In this document: positions 51,530 to 64,000 of the stretch, in pieces
Layout of the letters: each line of letters opens with the position of its first letter
Position numbering within the stretch: position 1 is the stretch's first letter
Source of the DNA: Antedon mediterranea
Taxonomy: Eukaryota > Animalia > Echinodermata
Assembly (NCBI RefSeq): GCF_964355755.1
Contig: NC_092670.1
Coordinates: forward strand, 12,882,795-12,946,794
DNA: 64,000 bases
Direction: 5' to 3'
Notes under the pieces: generated by a model
What the model was told of the DNA's origin: nothing
Seen by the model: the letters and a program-made list of their open reading frames with translations, nothing else
Database searches by the model: none
Program-made: the position numbers and the translations under genes

Positions 51530-54500
51530 ATGGCAGCCGCCTTGTTGGCAGTTTTGTGCGTTTTCTGCTATATAAATCCGATTTTATCGGAACATTTTAA
51601 AGACGGAGAAAAGGTAATTACTTAGAATCAATCTCATAACATTTGAGTTTAACTATATTTGTATCGCATCAATATAAATAAATTATATGACTCAGGATTA
51701 GTTAATAAATTGAATCGAAATTGCTAGGCCAGCACCTAACTAAACTAAACACAATCTTTTGTAAATCAGGTGGGTGGTGGTATCTCGGGTGAGAGACGCC
51801 TACGACCCGGCTATGGTATTTACCTATAGATAGGCCTAACTTTTGTTGAAAAACAATAGGCCCTAGTATTCTGCTTTATTTCTTATGTAATATGATCTTA
51901 AGATGCACACAGTTTGTTAACTATTCATTTATTGTCAAATTTATTTTTCGCCGTGGTTAGGATTCCGGCACCGGAACTCAACTGCCCAGCGTTAGGGAAT
52001 CCGACACGCTATTGCGCATGCCCAGAGCGAGGTAATCGGCGACTCTATACTTTAATCAACAGCGAAGGATCATTTCATAGCTGCGCCACGGCGAACCAGC
52101 CTAGATGCCTACTAATACGGGATCCAGTAGTAAATACTAGGCTAGGCCTACCGTACCAGCTAGACGTGACCAGCAGTGGGCCTATTTATTTTGTAATTAA
52201 AAAGTGGTTCATTCATATATAAACTTCATATAATTATGAATTATATAATTACATGACTAGTTTTATGATTTTTCAAGTACAAACTTAAATAATTTCATAT
52301 AACGCATTATAGTTACTGTACATAACATGCAATCACAAGTTGATTTGTTGACGGCAGCCACCGCGTGGATGTGAAAAAACTGTTCGGAAAGTTGGGGTCG
52401 CAACGCTAATTACAGCATTACGATTCTTAGATAGATACATACTGATTCTTATTAATATCATAATAATTATTTTAACGCGTGGCGTAGTCGTATTTTAATT
52501 AAATTAATTCATGTATGGCCTAGGCCAAGTTTCATCCATCGCTCTCTCACTCGCGCAACGACTATCTAGGCTACAGTAAATCCCTATAACACTCTGACTC
52601 TCGGTGGTGTGGTGTGTGGCAGGTGCAAGCTATAATTCACTTCCCAGAGCTCTGGGCATGCGCAATAGCGTGTCGGATTCCCTAACGGTGGACAGTTGAG
52701 TTCCGGTGCCGGAATCCTAACCACGGCGTTTATTTTTAGTCTCTTCTATTTATATAAAAATGCATTTAAATAATCCACATCGCCATCATTGTGGCTAAAG
52801 ATACATTAATTACCGTATCCATACTTCTAAAAACTAAAAGTATGGTAATTATAAATTGCATTCCTAAAACTTGTACCTAAATATAAAACTCGTTCCTAAA
52901 TATAAAACTCATTCCTAAATATTAAAACTCGTTCCTAAATATTACAAACCTACCCTCTAAATAATCTCTCTTAAATTAAAAACTAAAAAAAAATGTCAAG
53001 TAGAGAATCCAACCCCTTAAGCCAGAGCCTCATCACAAGCCCACTAAGCTACACAGCTGGCTTGCTGAAAACCATTGCAATAACCTATTTGATTAACATC
53101 TATCTTACATAGCGCCCTCTAATTACTGTACCTTTAGTTTTTACGATTATTAATTGACATCATATAATCATATTATCATATTATTGGCAAAAAAAACCCG
53201 GACATTATTAAATGAATATTATTATCTCATATCACAAGATAATGAACATCTCGAGATAGGGCCTACTACAGTATATCCTAGAGATAGTTAAAGATATATT
53301 GTCCCCCTAAAAAAATATTTTTTTTGATTTTTTTGTTGAATATGTTATTTTAATGTCACATAATAGTTATTCACTCTCACAAAAAATTGGGTCTGAAAAA
53401 AATTTATTTACCTGAGAAAAATGTAATTTAAGCAAAAAATGGTCAAATTGTCTGGAATACAATGAGTTTTTGGGTAATTTAACTGTTTATTTTGTCTTTT
53501 TATATGCGAAATAATTTTTTCCCCCCGTTTTTTTTCTTTGTAAGTGAACAACTTCATTAAAACTGCAAAATGGCCTATTCAAAGTCCGATTTTAAAAATA
53601 TTTATTTTTCATGATTTTGGGGGTACATCTTTAATTATATTGGTATGGTAGACTGTACACACCTCCAGATAGAGTGCAATATTAATTAAATTAAAATACA
53701 GACATTTACAATAACTTTTCTATTAGACTTTAATGAATCACTCTTATTCCTTAACACTTTGACTGCCAGAGGTTTTTCCAGTTAGAAACTGCCACCGCCA
53801 GCGTTTTTAGCCCAATTTGATGTTTTTATTAAAGCTGATTGAAACTATGTATGTGATCTGATTTACATGTAATTTAGACTAAAATAATCATAAAGATTTT
53901 AGCTTTACAATGGTACCAAGAACGATTTTCAAATCGCAATATGTAAATCGTAATAGTAAAATGAAAGTAACCCACTTTTTTAGTTTTTCGTAGTTTCGCG
54001 CAAGAAAGTCGAGATATTCGCGATTTTGAGCAAGACATCACAATATGAAAATATCGCCCGGTGAGATCAACACACAACGAAAAAGTTACTTACACGGCAC
54101 CGATAGGCCTATAAAAACAAGTTATCACTATCGAAATATGTATTACATTTTATAAATCATAAATCTTACATCAATGTTTCGCCAAAATCCACATAATAAA
54201 GACACCAGGCCTAGTTAACAAGGCCTAAATTTGGTCCGGAGCCGTTTTACGACTAGGCCTAGGCTAGCCTAGTACTACGTACTAGCCTAGCTAGTAAACT
54301 GATGATAATGTTCATACCATTTCTAAACAAGTGTGTTGCGTTAAACTCGGCCACTTACAGTGAAACACCAAAACAATTAGGGTATACATACAATAATAAA
54401 ATTAAAGACTTCATATTGAAAATGCATCCATTATTTTTTATTCAGATAACAAACAAACATGCCAATGCACATAAACATTTGTAATGCTTCGTCGGCATAG

Positions 54501-57500
54501 CTAGCGCGCGACCGATACACAATGCGCCAAACCATCGCTGTACGCGCTACTGTGATGCGCGGTGTATGTTATTTCGACAGGTACCATTTTGACAATCGTT
54601 TGTAACCAGATTAGTTACTTTCAAAAAGTTAAATATTCACGGTCCAGACCGAATATAGTGTCCATATTTATAGTATATACCAATAATTAACCTATCTACC
54701 GGATTTCGTAAAAAAACGCGAAAAACGAAGATCTTCGTGTTTGGCAGTCAAGCGTTGTGTTTCCAAAAACGAAGATCTTCGTGTTTGGCAGTCAAAGTGT
54801 TAACCATCATGTGAATTTGTAAATTTGCATTTATTTTTTAATTAGGTTATAAATTGCTAAACAAAAAAATCCTTTATTTGAAGTATTTTTATTGCAAATT
54901 TGCATTTTAATTGGTAAATAAAAAATTTGATTTCAGGTGGTTTTATATGTCAATAAAGTGGGTCCATATTTCAACCCTCATGAAACCTACCATTACTATC
55001 AACTACCAGTATGTAGACCTGAGAAGGTAAGAATTATTATTGTGGTTTAGTTACATTTTAGGCATTTTTAGATACATTTTTTATGGTTTCCATAAAGCTA
55101 TGAATTTGTCTACTCTCCAACACAAGTGAAAATAAATATTTTTATACATACATTGTATAAATGTATTCCAGTATCAATTTGTCCTTTATCTTTTTTAACA
55201 ACACACAATATTTATTAAAAACTAACATTTAGTATTTTGTATTATCGTGTGAAAAATATTATGTTTTGCGCATTCAAAGTAAAATAAAATAATATATTTA
55301 TCATCATAAAATATGTTTAAAATTCATTTTCGATCATAAAAAAAATACATACAAATTTTAACCATCTGACAATAATTTATTAGTAGATTGTTATACAAGT
55401 ATTCATTAAATTGTAATTACCTTAGTTAAAATGTAATGTAGTCAACTCTAATATTGATGAGTTTAAAAATTGCCATATTGTTGTATAAATAGACTCCCTA
55501 ATCGTGTATAGAAAAGTACACACACTTTTGTATTGTGTAAGAACCTATTGTTTGCCATTTTGTGTATACGTACAGTAGTTTGTAGGTTTGTAGTCAGGAT
55601 TATCACAGTTTGCAAAATATTATGTGAATGTTCAATAGGCAATCATTTCAAATACCAGTACTAAAGGTCCAGAAGTAAAAATTATATAATAATACATTGG
55701 TAGTGGGGTTTAGTGTCCATATAAAAATACACAATTTAAACATACTGTACCTATTGTTAAATAATCCCACGGAATTATACAGTCAGTACATACTGTCGTG
55801 AGGTGGTTTCCCGATTAATCGTACGATCAAAACGGTACTGGGTATGATCAAGGTCAAGTTCAATATTGAATATCGAAACGTGGCAGGCTGAAGGCGCTTG
55901 ACCTTTGACAAGATCGCCTAAATTTTTAGTTTTTAACTTTACAATACTTAGTGTTGTATATTCTGGTACAGCCGCTCCATGATCTCTTTGCTTTTCTTCC
56001 TTATATCTTTACTCTTTTTAAAAGTTTTACTAACGATTTTTATTTTATTTTATTATAGGCTATTTATATTTTTTGCTTTATGTACACGACAACTAACGAT
56101 CAAATAACAGTTTTTTCACATCGCAACTTATACAACGTAATTTTGAAAACTACAACCATTTTTTTCTATATACATACAACGTACATTTCTATTTTAACAA
56201 AAACATTTTTCTAAACTTTCTATTATTTAAAAGTCGAAGATAGCCAGGTCTCGGGTCCATTCTATTGTCGCCACAGATTGATATCTTCATCAGTACTTCT
56301 ATGAATGGATGATTCGGTGGGAACACGAACGCTAGTTGATCATACCCAGTACCGTTTTGATCGTACGATTAATCGGGAAACCACCTCACGACATTATTCA
56401 GTCAGTACATACTGTCTGCTCAGATAATAAAGCTTAAAGAATATGTTATAGTTTTGTACTCTACAATATTATATGTAAATTGTACAATATTATATGTAAA
56501 TTGTAATACTAGTTGATGATAACATATGTTTGTTTAATTATTCATAGACCATACGGTACATTAAGTTTTTACGTATGACATTTTCTGTTGCTTATTTTGT
56601 TTAATTTCATGATTTATTTAAATCTAAATGATAAATATTATTATATATTATTAGTATATTATTAATACAGTATATTGTATTACCATACCAACCATATAAT
56701 ATTACATTAGTGTGTCCCATTAATATACTTTTTTACTGTTATTTATCTTTAACAGGTTGAGACAAGAAGCCTTACTTTAGGTGAAATTCTAGATGGAGAT
56801 CGTATGGCAATCTCCATGTATAATTTAAAATTTAAAGGTAAAATGTTTGAATATTTGATATTATCCATACATTACTGTAGTTCCTCCCAATTAGCATACA
56901 TCACCCAATTCCCTTTAAATCCAGATTACATTTTTTAGTGAATATATTAATTTAGTACTAAGTAACCTTGCAAAGAAGCAATCATAAATTCTAGATTCAA
57001 ATGAAAATCACCATACTAAGTATTCAGAAAGAAGGCAACATATGCCAAGTATGCACTTTTAGTATTTCACTTCTGTTGCATACAGTGAGCCTTGTGCTAT
57101 ATAAAATTAAATAGTCTGATTTGAGTACACATTACATTATATGGCTATTGGTGAAATCAAGTTATGCTTGGATAATTATAATTATTTATAATAAAGATTA
57201 TTTTAATACCTTTAACTCAAAATAATTTCAACCAACCAGTTTTTAAGATTTAAGACACCATGTTTAAATCTTTCAAACTATTTCTTTTTTTACCATATTT
57301 AACGAGGGTGATCCATCCAGCAATTGCTGATCATTAGTGACCCTCATAGATTCACAAGACAAACAAGAGATCCAAAACAAGATGCTCTACATAAACAAAA
57401 GTCTTATTACAAGTCTTTGAAAAAATCCTGACATGTGACAGGACTTGAACCTAGGACCCTAGGTAGCCCAGCATCATAACCACCAAGTCTCACCACTGTA

Positions 57501-60500
57501 CTCACTCATTTTTGTTTCCACATTCAATATTTATAACTTTATATTATTAATTATGTGAAATTATTAAATATTTATAACTTTATTATTAATTATATGTTAA
57601 ATTATTAAATATTTAATATAACTTTGTTTTCTTTTCTAGAAAATTCTGAGAACAATGATCTATGTTCTTTAAGTCTGAAGGAGAAGGATGTAGAGACTTT
57701 GAGAGAATCAATTGAGGATCTGTACTATTTTGAGTTTGTACTTGATGACCTTCCTGTTAGAGGGTTCATAGGTCATCTAGAAGAAGGGGGTTTCATTCCT
57801 CATACTCACAAAATCTACTTATGGATGCACCACCATTTCCACATAGAGTACAATGGCGATCAGGTAACGTTTTGTAAGGCAAATGCAAATTTTGCGGGTC
57901 AAATAGCAAAAAGGGCACAATGCACATAGTGAGAAAGCAAGACAAAAATATAGGTCTGTAGAGCAGTACTGAGTCCAGAAATTCACATGTTTTCAGGTGG
58001 ACTCTATTCACACCCACAAGATCTGCTCCTAGTTTCTGCTATTTCTGCTTCTAAATAACAGCTAAATTTGTTTTTCAAAGTGGCCATAGTATTAACATTT
58101 TTTTACAAAAAAGAAAATTAAAATTTTGCATAGGTGTTTACAGAAAAGAAAGCAAACTAATATTTCATTCTATGACCGCAGGGACCGTCTAATTTACATA
58201 CAGTACATACAAAATTGTTTACACTCAAAACTCTTTCCCTTTTTATTTTTGTTCATAACATCTACAGTAAACTCAAAACATGATCCCCAACAGCAGGTTG
58301 ACCAGGCAGACTAATAATACACTGTTTCTTTCATAGATAATTTATGCAAACATCAGTACACGTGATCGGCAACCCGTTAGCTTGGATGACGTGACCACCC
58401 CACTAGATGTCAAGTTCACTTACAGCGTATCGTGGCATGACACCAAACTAGAATACAAGAACAGAGCCGCTCGTCTTGGCAAAACAAGTTTCTTTCCAAA
58501 GACATTGGAGGTAAGATAATGGTAGTAGATTCTCCCTGCGTATCTAGGCAAACATGTTATTTTTTATAGTATCTTATGCAAATTTCTATATACAGTATTA
58601 CATGTGACATTATTTTTACTTTAATTTTAACCTAACCTTACTAATTCCTATGATAATGTTGTAACTTGTGACACAGAAAATTCATAAGATATTTACTGTC
58701 CATCCATTGTGGTATTTTATTTTCTCCTAAGCAAGAAAACAAAAAAAGATTTTCTGTTTTCATAGGAAGTTACTCCATGCAAATGTTACATGAAATGTAA
58801 AATAAATCTTTTAATTTTGCTTAGGTTCATTGGTTGTCCATTATCAACTCAATGGTACTTGTTTTTCTTCTCATTGGTTTCGTTGTCATAATTATGGTAT
58901 GTATTGGTTGTCAATCAGTAGATAATTAGTAGATTTAGATTTATTTATTCTTTATGTTGAGAAGTCCCTTCAGTACAAGACCGTTCTCCCAGAGGGCCCT
59001 GTCCTGAACCAATATCACCACTCTACACCAGAAGATGATCAAATTCTCCTTTTAAATGAGTGTTCTAGGCTCTTGGTGTACATGTGCAATGTATATGTAC
59101 ATTAGACCAATGGCTGTAAGTCATATCTGAAGGACAAGACAATGAGATTAAATTATCTTGCATAAGGATACAAGAAATATTAGAGAGCCCTAATAATAAC
59201 ATCCGTCTTATTTACATGTCTCCTGATCACTTTTGACCAATGGGTTGTGAGATTATAAAGTGTCAAAAACATTGTTTAACAAGAATACCCACATGACTAG
59301 CCAATTACTGTACAGGATGGGAAAATGCATAGTAACCCTTGTCTTGTATGACATGAGATTGAGCTGGCTGCTTTGGCCATGATTAAAAACCTGCTAATGT
59401 GTCAGAGCCATGGGTTGAACCAAGAACCCTTGGATTGGTAGACGAGAATGCTAAACCACCTAGGTATTGTACCACTAAATATGTACAGTTACAAGGCTCT
59501 ATTCACACTCAGACCACCTTTTATAAATCACTTCTTTTAGATGAGGGTTCTAAAGAATGACTTTGCCCGTTATAATATTGATGAAGAAGATGTAGAAGAG
59601 TTAGATCAAGATGAGAATGGATGGAAGATTATTCACACTGATGTATTTAGATTTCCTGTGTACAAGAACCTCCTTTGTTCAATGCTGGGTAAGTACCAGA
59701 GATATTATATTAGGGAACAATATAAAAGAATGTACTGTATGTAAATTATGCAATTACGTCAATTGTACAAGTCATTGTCAAGCTCTCTATTTCAATTTTG
59801 ATTTGATTGTGACAACCATACACAAACAAATTTTCAAATGAATATAACTGAATCTAAGGTCTTTACCTGGATATAGAATCATTGAAAAGTCCGACAATTT
59901 TGGTCCTCTATCGACCAAATATACATCTTACAAATGGACACCATCTCATAAGAAATTATCAAGATTTGTTTTAATCTCTCTACATTTAAAATATCAGTAT
60001 CAGGCCTGATCAGTATATATCTTTATTAATCCCTCATGGGGAAATTAAACAGAGAAGGAGATGGATTACATCAGCTTACAATAAAAATAAACCATACAAA
60101 CAGTTTTTTATTTACTAAAATATCATATTTCTGCAGGTGTTGGCAGCCAGTTCATTGCGTTAGCTACCTGTATTCTGTTGATGGCTCTACTGGGCATGTT
60201 CAATGTACATCGGCATGGTTCAATGAACACGGCCGCTATTCTTCTTTACGCTTTTACTTCATGTAAGCATATTTTGCATTATTTAAGATTTGTATTGAGT
60301 AATATATTTAAGATCAATAAAGTATTGTGATAGCTTCAGAGACTGTGCCAATTGTCCAAATTTAATTTGATGATAAATGTGTAAGATCTTTAAAAGAATA
60401 TAAATGCACCTCTTTACTGTATGAAAGGTTTGATGAAGCAAAAACTGTGATTTTTAATTACTTGATACACTTGACTGCACAGCATTGCTTGATTTTGAAG

Positions 60501-63171
60501 AAATAACTGTGATTGTTCTCAATATTTTAGAGGTAATATTTTGGTTGCCATATTACCTCAAATATTGCCACTTGATCTTGTTTAATAGGACAACATGGTT
60601 ATAATATTATAAGGTTCTGTGAGTGTCTTTATGAATATTACTGACTATATGCATGTTCTTGTTTAACCAGGTATATCAGGTTATGTGAGCAGCAACATGT
60701 ACAAATGTCTAGGAGGGGATAACTGGGTTTGGAACATCATCCTCACATCTTCCTTATTTTCAGGTAATTGTTTCGTTTTCTACAAAAAAAGAAAACAATT
60801 AAATAGTGATAACTACATTTGAAACTTGCTCTGGGGCAAGTATACTTGCTAGGACTTATAATTGACTTTATTTTATTATGTATAATATCTCAAATATATC
60901 TCTCTTTTTAGTACCATTCTTTTTTGTTTGGAGTATTGTAAATTCAGTAGCTTGGCACTGGGACTCAACACAAGCTTTACCTTTTACAACCATTCTCCTC
61001 CTCATTATCATGTGGATACTAAGTAAGTATTTCGGAACTAAACACATTTACATTTTAAGCATAGGTTATTGTAGTGATGCCGTTCATTTGAACTACTTTA
61101 GGAAACATTTGAGTTATCTACAGTACTTGTTAGTAGACAAGTAATGAACTGTATTATTTTAATACTGTAATGGAAAAACTTTTTTTGACAAATTATAATT
61201 TTCTCCTTGTAATTACCGTACTGACGCGGGTATAAGCCCATACTCGGGTATAAGCCCACCCCCGACTTTTGACTAATTTTCATGAAAAATGAGGCACTCG
61301 GGTATAAGCCCACCCATTAATTCGAAGATCTACAGTGTGTATCGTAATACATTATTTTGTATTTGGCGACGTCCATACACCGAATACACCTACCTTTGAT
61401 AAGGCTAATATAGGCTAGGCTAATATACGCTAGGCCATATGAGGCCTAACGGTCCTGTTTTGTTTACACTCCATCGCGGTCGAAGATCGCTTCACACACG
61501 ACGCTACAAGTCGCCAAAACGGAAAACCACTATTTGGTATCGGCTGCCATAAACAAGCATTAAATTTCTTTGGTACATTTCTATTTAACGAACCATTGTA
61601 TACTTGCTTTTCTGCTTGATAAATTCTTGTTCAATTGATGTTTAAAATATGATATTCTACGATAAATTACACGAACTATAAGCTTAATTTTCCGACACTC
61701 TACACCTCGTGTATTTAGAGGCAACGTCGTACACGTAAGGGCGCTCGCTCGCATGGTGGAATGCACAGTGTACATGTGCTGTTTTTGACGATCTGCATTT
61801 TTGGATCCTCGGGTATAAGCCCACCCCCCAAACTTGACGTGATTTCATGTTCAAGGGGGTTGGGCTTATACCCGCGTCAGTACGGTAAACACAATTTGTT
61901 TTTAAAATTAAATAAACATCATTTCATATTTATATTATTACAGTTGGCTATCCATTGACGGTAATCGGTGGTATTATGGGTAAGAACTTCGCCGGTAGCT
62001 TTGATGCACCTTGTCGTACCAAGAACATTGCTCGAGAGATACCCACTGTACCGTGGTACCGGTCAGTGTTTATGCACTGTGTCATCGGAGGGTTCTTACC
62101 ATTCAGGTATGTAAATGGTGCAAAATTTACCATTTCATTTTTAACATAAATGAGTAAAAAGTCATGATTTTGATATAATAATGATAAGAACAATGGTAGT
62201 CTTGTATAGCGCCTAATACAATGGTTCTAATATGGCCACTGGGTGATTGGTTGACACATTTTTGTTTCTGTTTTACTATGTTATATCTTTATACAAATAT
62301 GACTTAAACCAAATCCAAGCCATATATAATAATAAATAAATTTTTCTTTTTATATTAGTGCTATATCAGTTGAGTTGTACTACATATTTGCCACCTTATG
62401 GGGTCGTGAGCAGTATACACTTTATGGAATTCTATTTGTTGTTTACGGAATTTTATTGAGCGTGACGGCGTGTATATCTGTCGCCCTCACATACTTCCAA
62501 CTATCAAATGAGGATTATAGATGGTGGTGGCGTTCGATTTTTAGCGCAGGGTAAGTACTGTATTATTAAGTTTTTAAAATACTGTTTTCTTTGTAGTATA
62601 AATTAAAACAAACAATAGACTTACAGCAATACATTGTCACAATTGGTTAATCATTATTAGTTAATGTGCATATTTTAAAATAAGGGACCATGTCAAATTT
62701 AATCTACTGCTATTACTGCAGTAACTAAATTTTTGTACTGCAAAATTAATAATAATATAATTTTAATATGTTTCAATGTAAAAGTTTATAAGGCAAAAAA
62801 TCTTGCTAAATAATTGCATAAAAAGGTTAAAGAGTAAAATGAAGTTACTGCAGTAACTGCAGTAGAATAATATTGACATGGTCCTAAATTTTACATGGTT
62901 GAACCATTGTTTTTTTACTTATAATTCAAGAATTTTGTCAGTTTTTAATTGTCTTCATTTTTCTTTCAGATCCACTGGTGTATTTGTGTTCTTGTACTCA
63001 ATTTTCTATTACTACAAGCGTTCCAGTATGTCCGGCTCATTGCAAACCGTTGAATTCTTTGGTTACTCGATTCTCGCTTGCTACATGTTCTTTCTCATGC
63101 TCGGGACCGTATCATTCTTCGCTTCACTGAAGTTCATAAGATATATTTATGTCAACCTAAAGATGGACTGA
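51530..63171 (+). CDS. TM9SF1: Transmembrane 9 superfamily member 1 (nonaspanin), ~13 exons
   Basis: Signal peptide exon 51530-51613. Subsequent exons encode [109 protein letters not shown], and the C-terminus [12 protein letters not shown]. Confidence 0.95.
51949..52728. mobile_element. Mutator(MULE)-like MITE in TM9SF1 intron 1
   Basis: ~80-bp near-perfect TIRs (CGCCGTGGTTAGGATTCCGGCACCGGAACTCAACTG...); 9-bp TSD TTTATTTTT at 51940-51948 and 52729-52737. Confidence 0.8.
53755..54799. mobile_element. piggyBac-like non-autonomous element
   Basis: TIR CACTTTGACTGCCA / TGGCAGTCAAAGTG flanked by TTAA on both sides; duplicated subterminal AAAAACGAAGATCTTCGTGTTTGGCAGTCAA. Confidence 0.75.
55794..56393. 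mobile_element. TGT...ACA-ended TIR element of unclear superfamily
   Basis: ~58-bp perfect TIRs TGTCGTGAGGTGGTTTCCCGATTAATCGTACGATCAAAACGGTACTGGGTATGATCAA, flanked by a 19-bp near-identical direct repeat. Confidence 0.8.
58930..59470 (-). mobile_element. Degenerate tRNA-derived SINE in a TM9SF1 intron
   Basis: On the minus strand there is a tRNA-like head (A-box-like ...GGTGGTTTAGCATT, B-box-like GGTTCAACCC) at ~59410-59465, and a CORE-like segment (plus strand GAGATTAAATTATCTTGCATAAGG) at ~59144-59167. Confidence 0.4.
61216..61885. mobile_element. Tc1/mariner-pogo-like MITE
   Basis: TIR CCGTACTGACGCGGGTATAAGCCC flanked by TA; internal repeats of CGGGTATAAGCCC. Confidence 0.8.
62685..62885. 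mobile_element. MITE family with TTACTGCAGTAAC subterminal motif
   Basis: GGACCATGTCAA...TTGACATGGTCC inverted ends; related copies at ~45115-45305, ~1255-1445 and a partial copy at 32043-32160. Confidence 0.55.
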
Positions 63172-64000
63172 ACAATCTGTATTTATTCTACCAAGATAAG
63201 GATGCATAATAGTATGTGTATAGTGATCAAAATCTGAACTTCAATCCTTAACTGCTGAAAATTATGCAGTAATACTGCCTTTTATAGAGTATCTATTTTG
63301 TAAAGTAATGCAAGGAAAAAAATCAAACAGTGTCTAAATCTGTATTTATTAAGTTATGTAGTTTCATTGATAATGCTAACTTGTTTATAAGAGTTGTAAT
63401 ATTGGATAACAATGTAGAAGATCGAGAGACATGATCCTATTGGGGGCCTGACAATGTGTTCCTTTATAGAAGTGTCCTCCCCTGAATAGGTGATGGCCGT
63501 AGTGCTAAAGTGTGTCCCCTGAATGTCCGTCACTACTGTATTTTACTAGCCAATCATCTGATAATCTATAGCACTGGACAGAAACAACACAGAGTTTGAT
63601 TTGGTAAATCTCCTCAACAGTCCAGTTTACACAACTTTTATTAAAATTCTAATTTTTAGATAGAACTACTAAACCATCTGCATTAATTCTACCAAGATAA
63701 GGATGCATTTGTATGTGTATAGTGACATTAATCTGAATATTACTCCTTAACTGCTCAAATTAATTTAATAGTAAAAAGGTTTGTGTAATTAAAAAATAGG
63801 GTACTTCAAAATGTATGTTTATTTAGATTTAAATTCTTTTTTTTTCCAGATATGTTTCTTAGAAACTATTAAATGTAACAACAATAGGTTCAAACTGCAG
63901 TATTCAAGATGGGTTATTTAAACCCAAAATTTTGCACCATAAGGGTATATTTCATGTTATGTAAGAATAGGCTATATATAAAGTGACTTTAATTAATTAA

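Overview
This is AT-rich, intron-containing animal genomic DNA. The abundant TAGGCCTA motifs, MITE families and gene content suggest a marine invertebrate, possibly an echinoderm (inference only). Genes in order: the 3' half of an SLC6/NSS sodium-dependent transporter (+); a 3-exon SLC32/VIAAT-like amino-acid transporter (-); three tandem 9-exon cathepsin D genes (-), comprising a diverged intact paralog, a probable young pseudogene and a canonical copy with a CLEAR box; a 3-exon gene for a zinc-ribbon + AIG1/GIMAP GTPase + coiled coil + Hedgehog-type Hint/Hog autoprocessing protein (+); a C8orf34-like gene (-); and TM9SF1 (+), head-to-head with it. Non-autonomous DNA transposons are dense (hAT nested in hAT, Harbinger-, MULE-, piggyBac-, Kolobok- and Tc1/mariner-like), along with LINE and Penelope relics. 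The standout is the signal-peptide-less GIMAP-Hint/Hog fusion, a candidate self-cleaving, self-lipidating immune GTPase. Exon coordinates were read by eye and may be off by a few bases.
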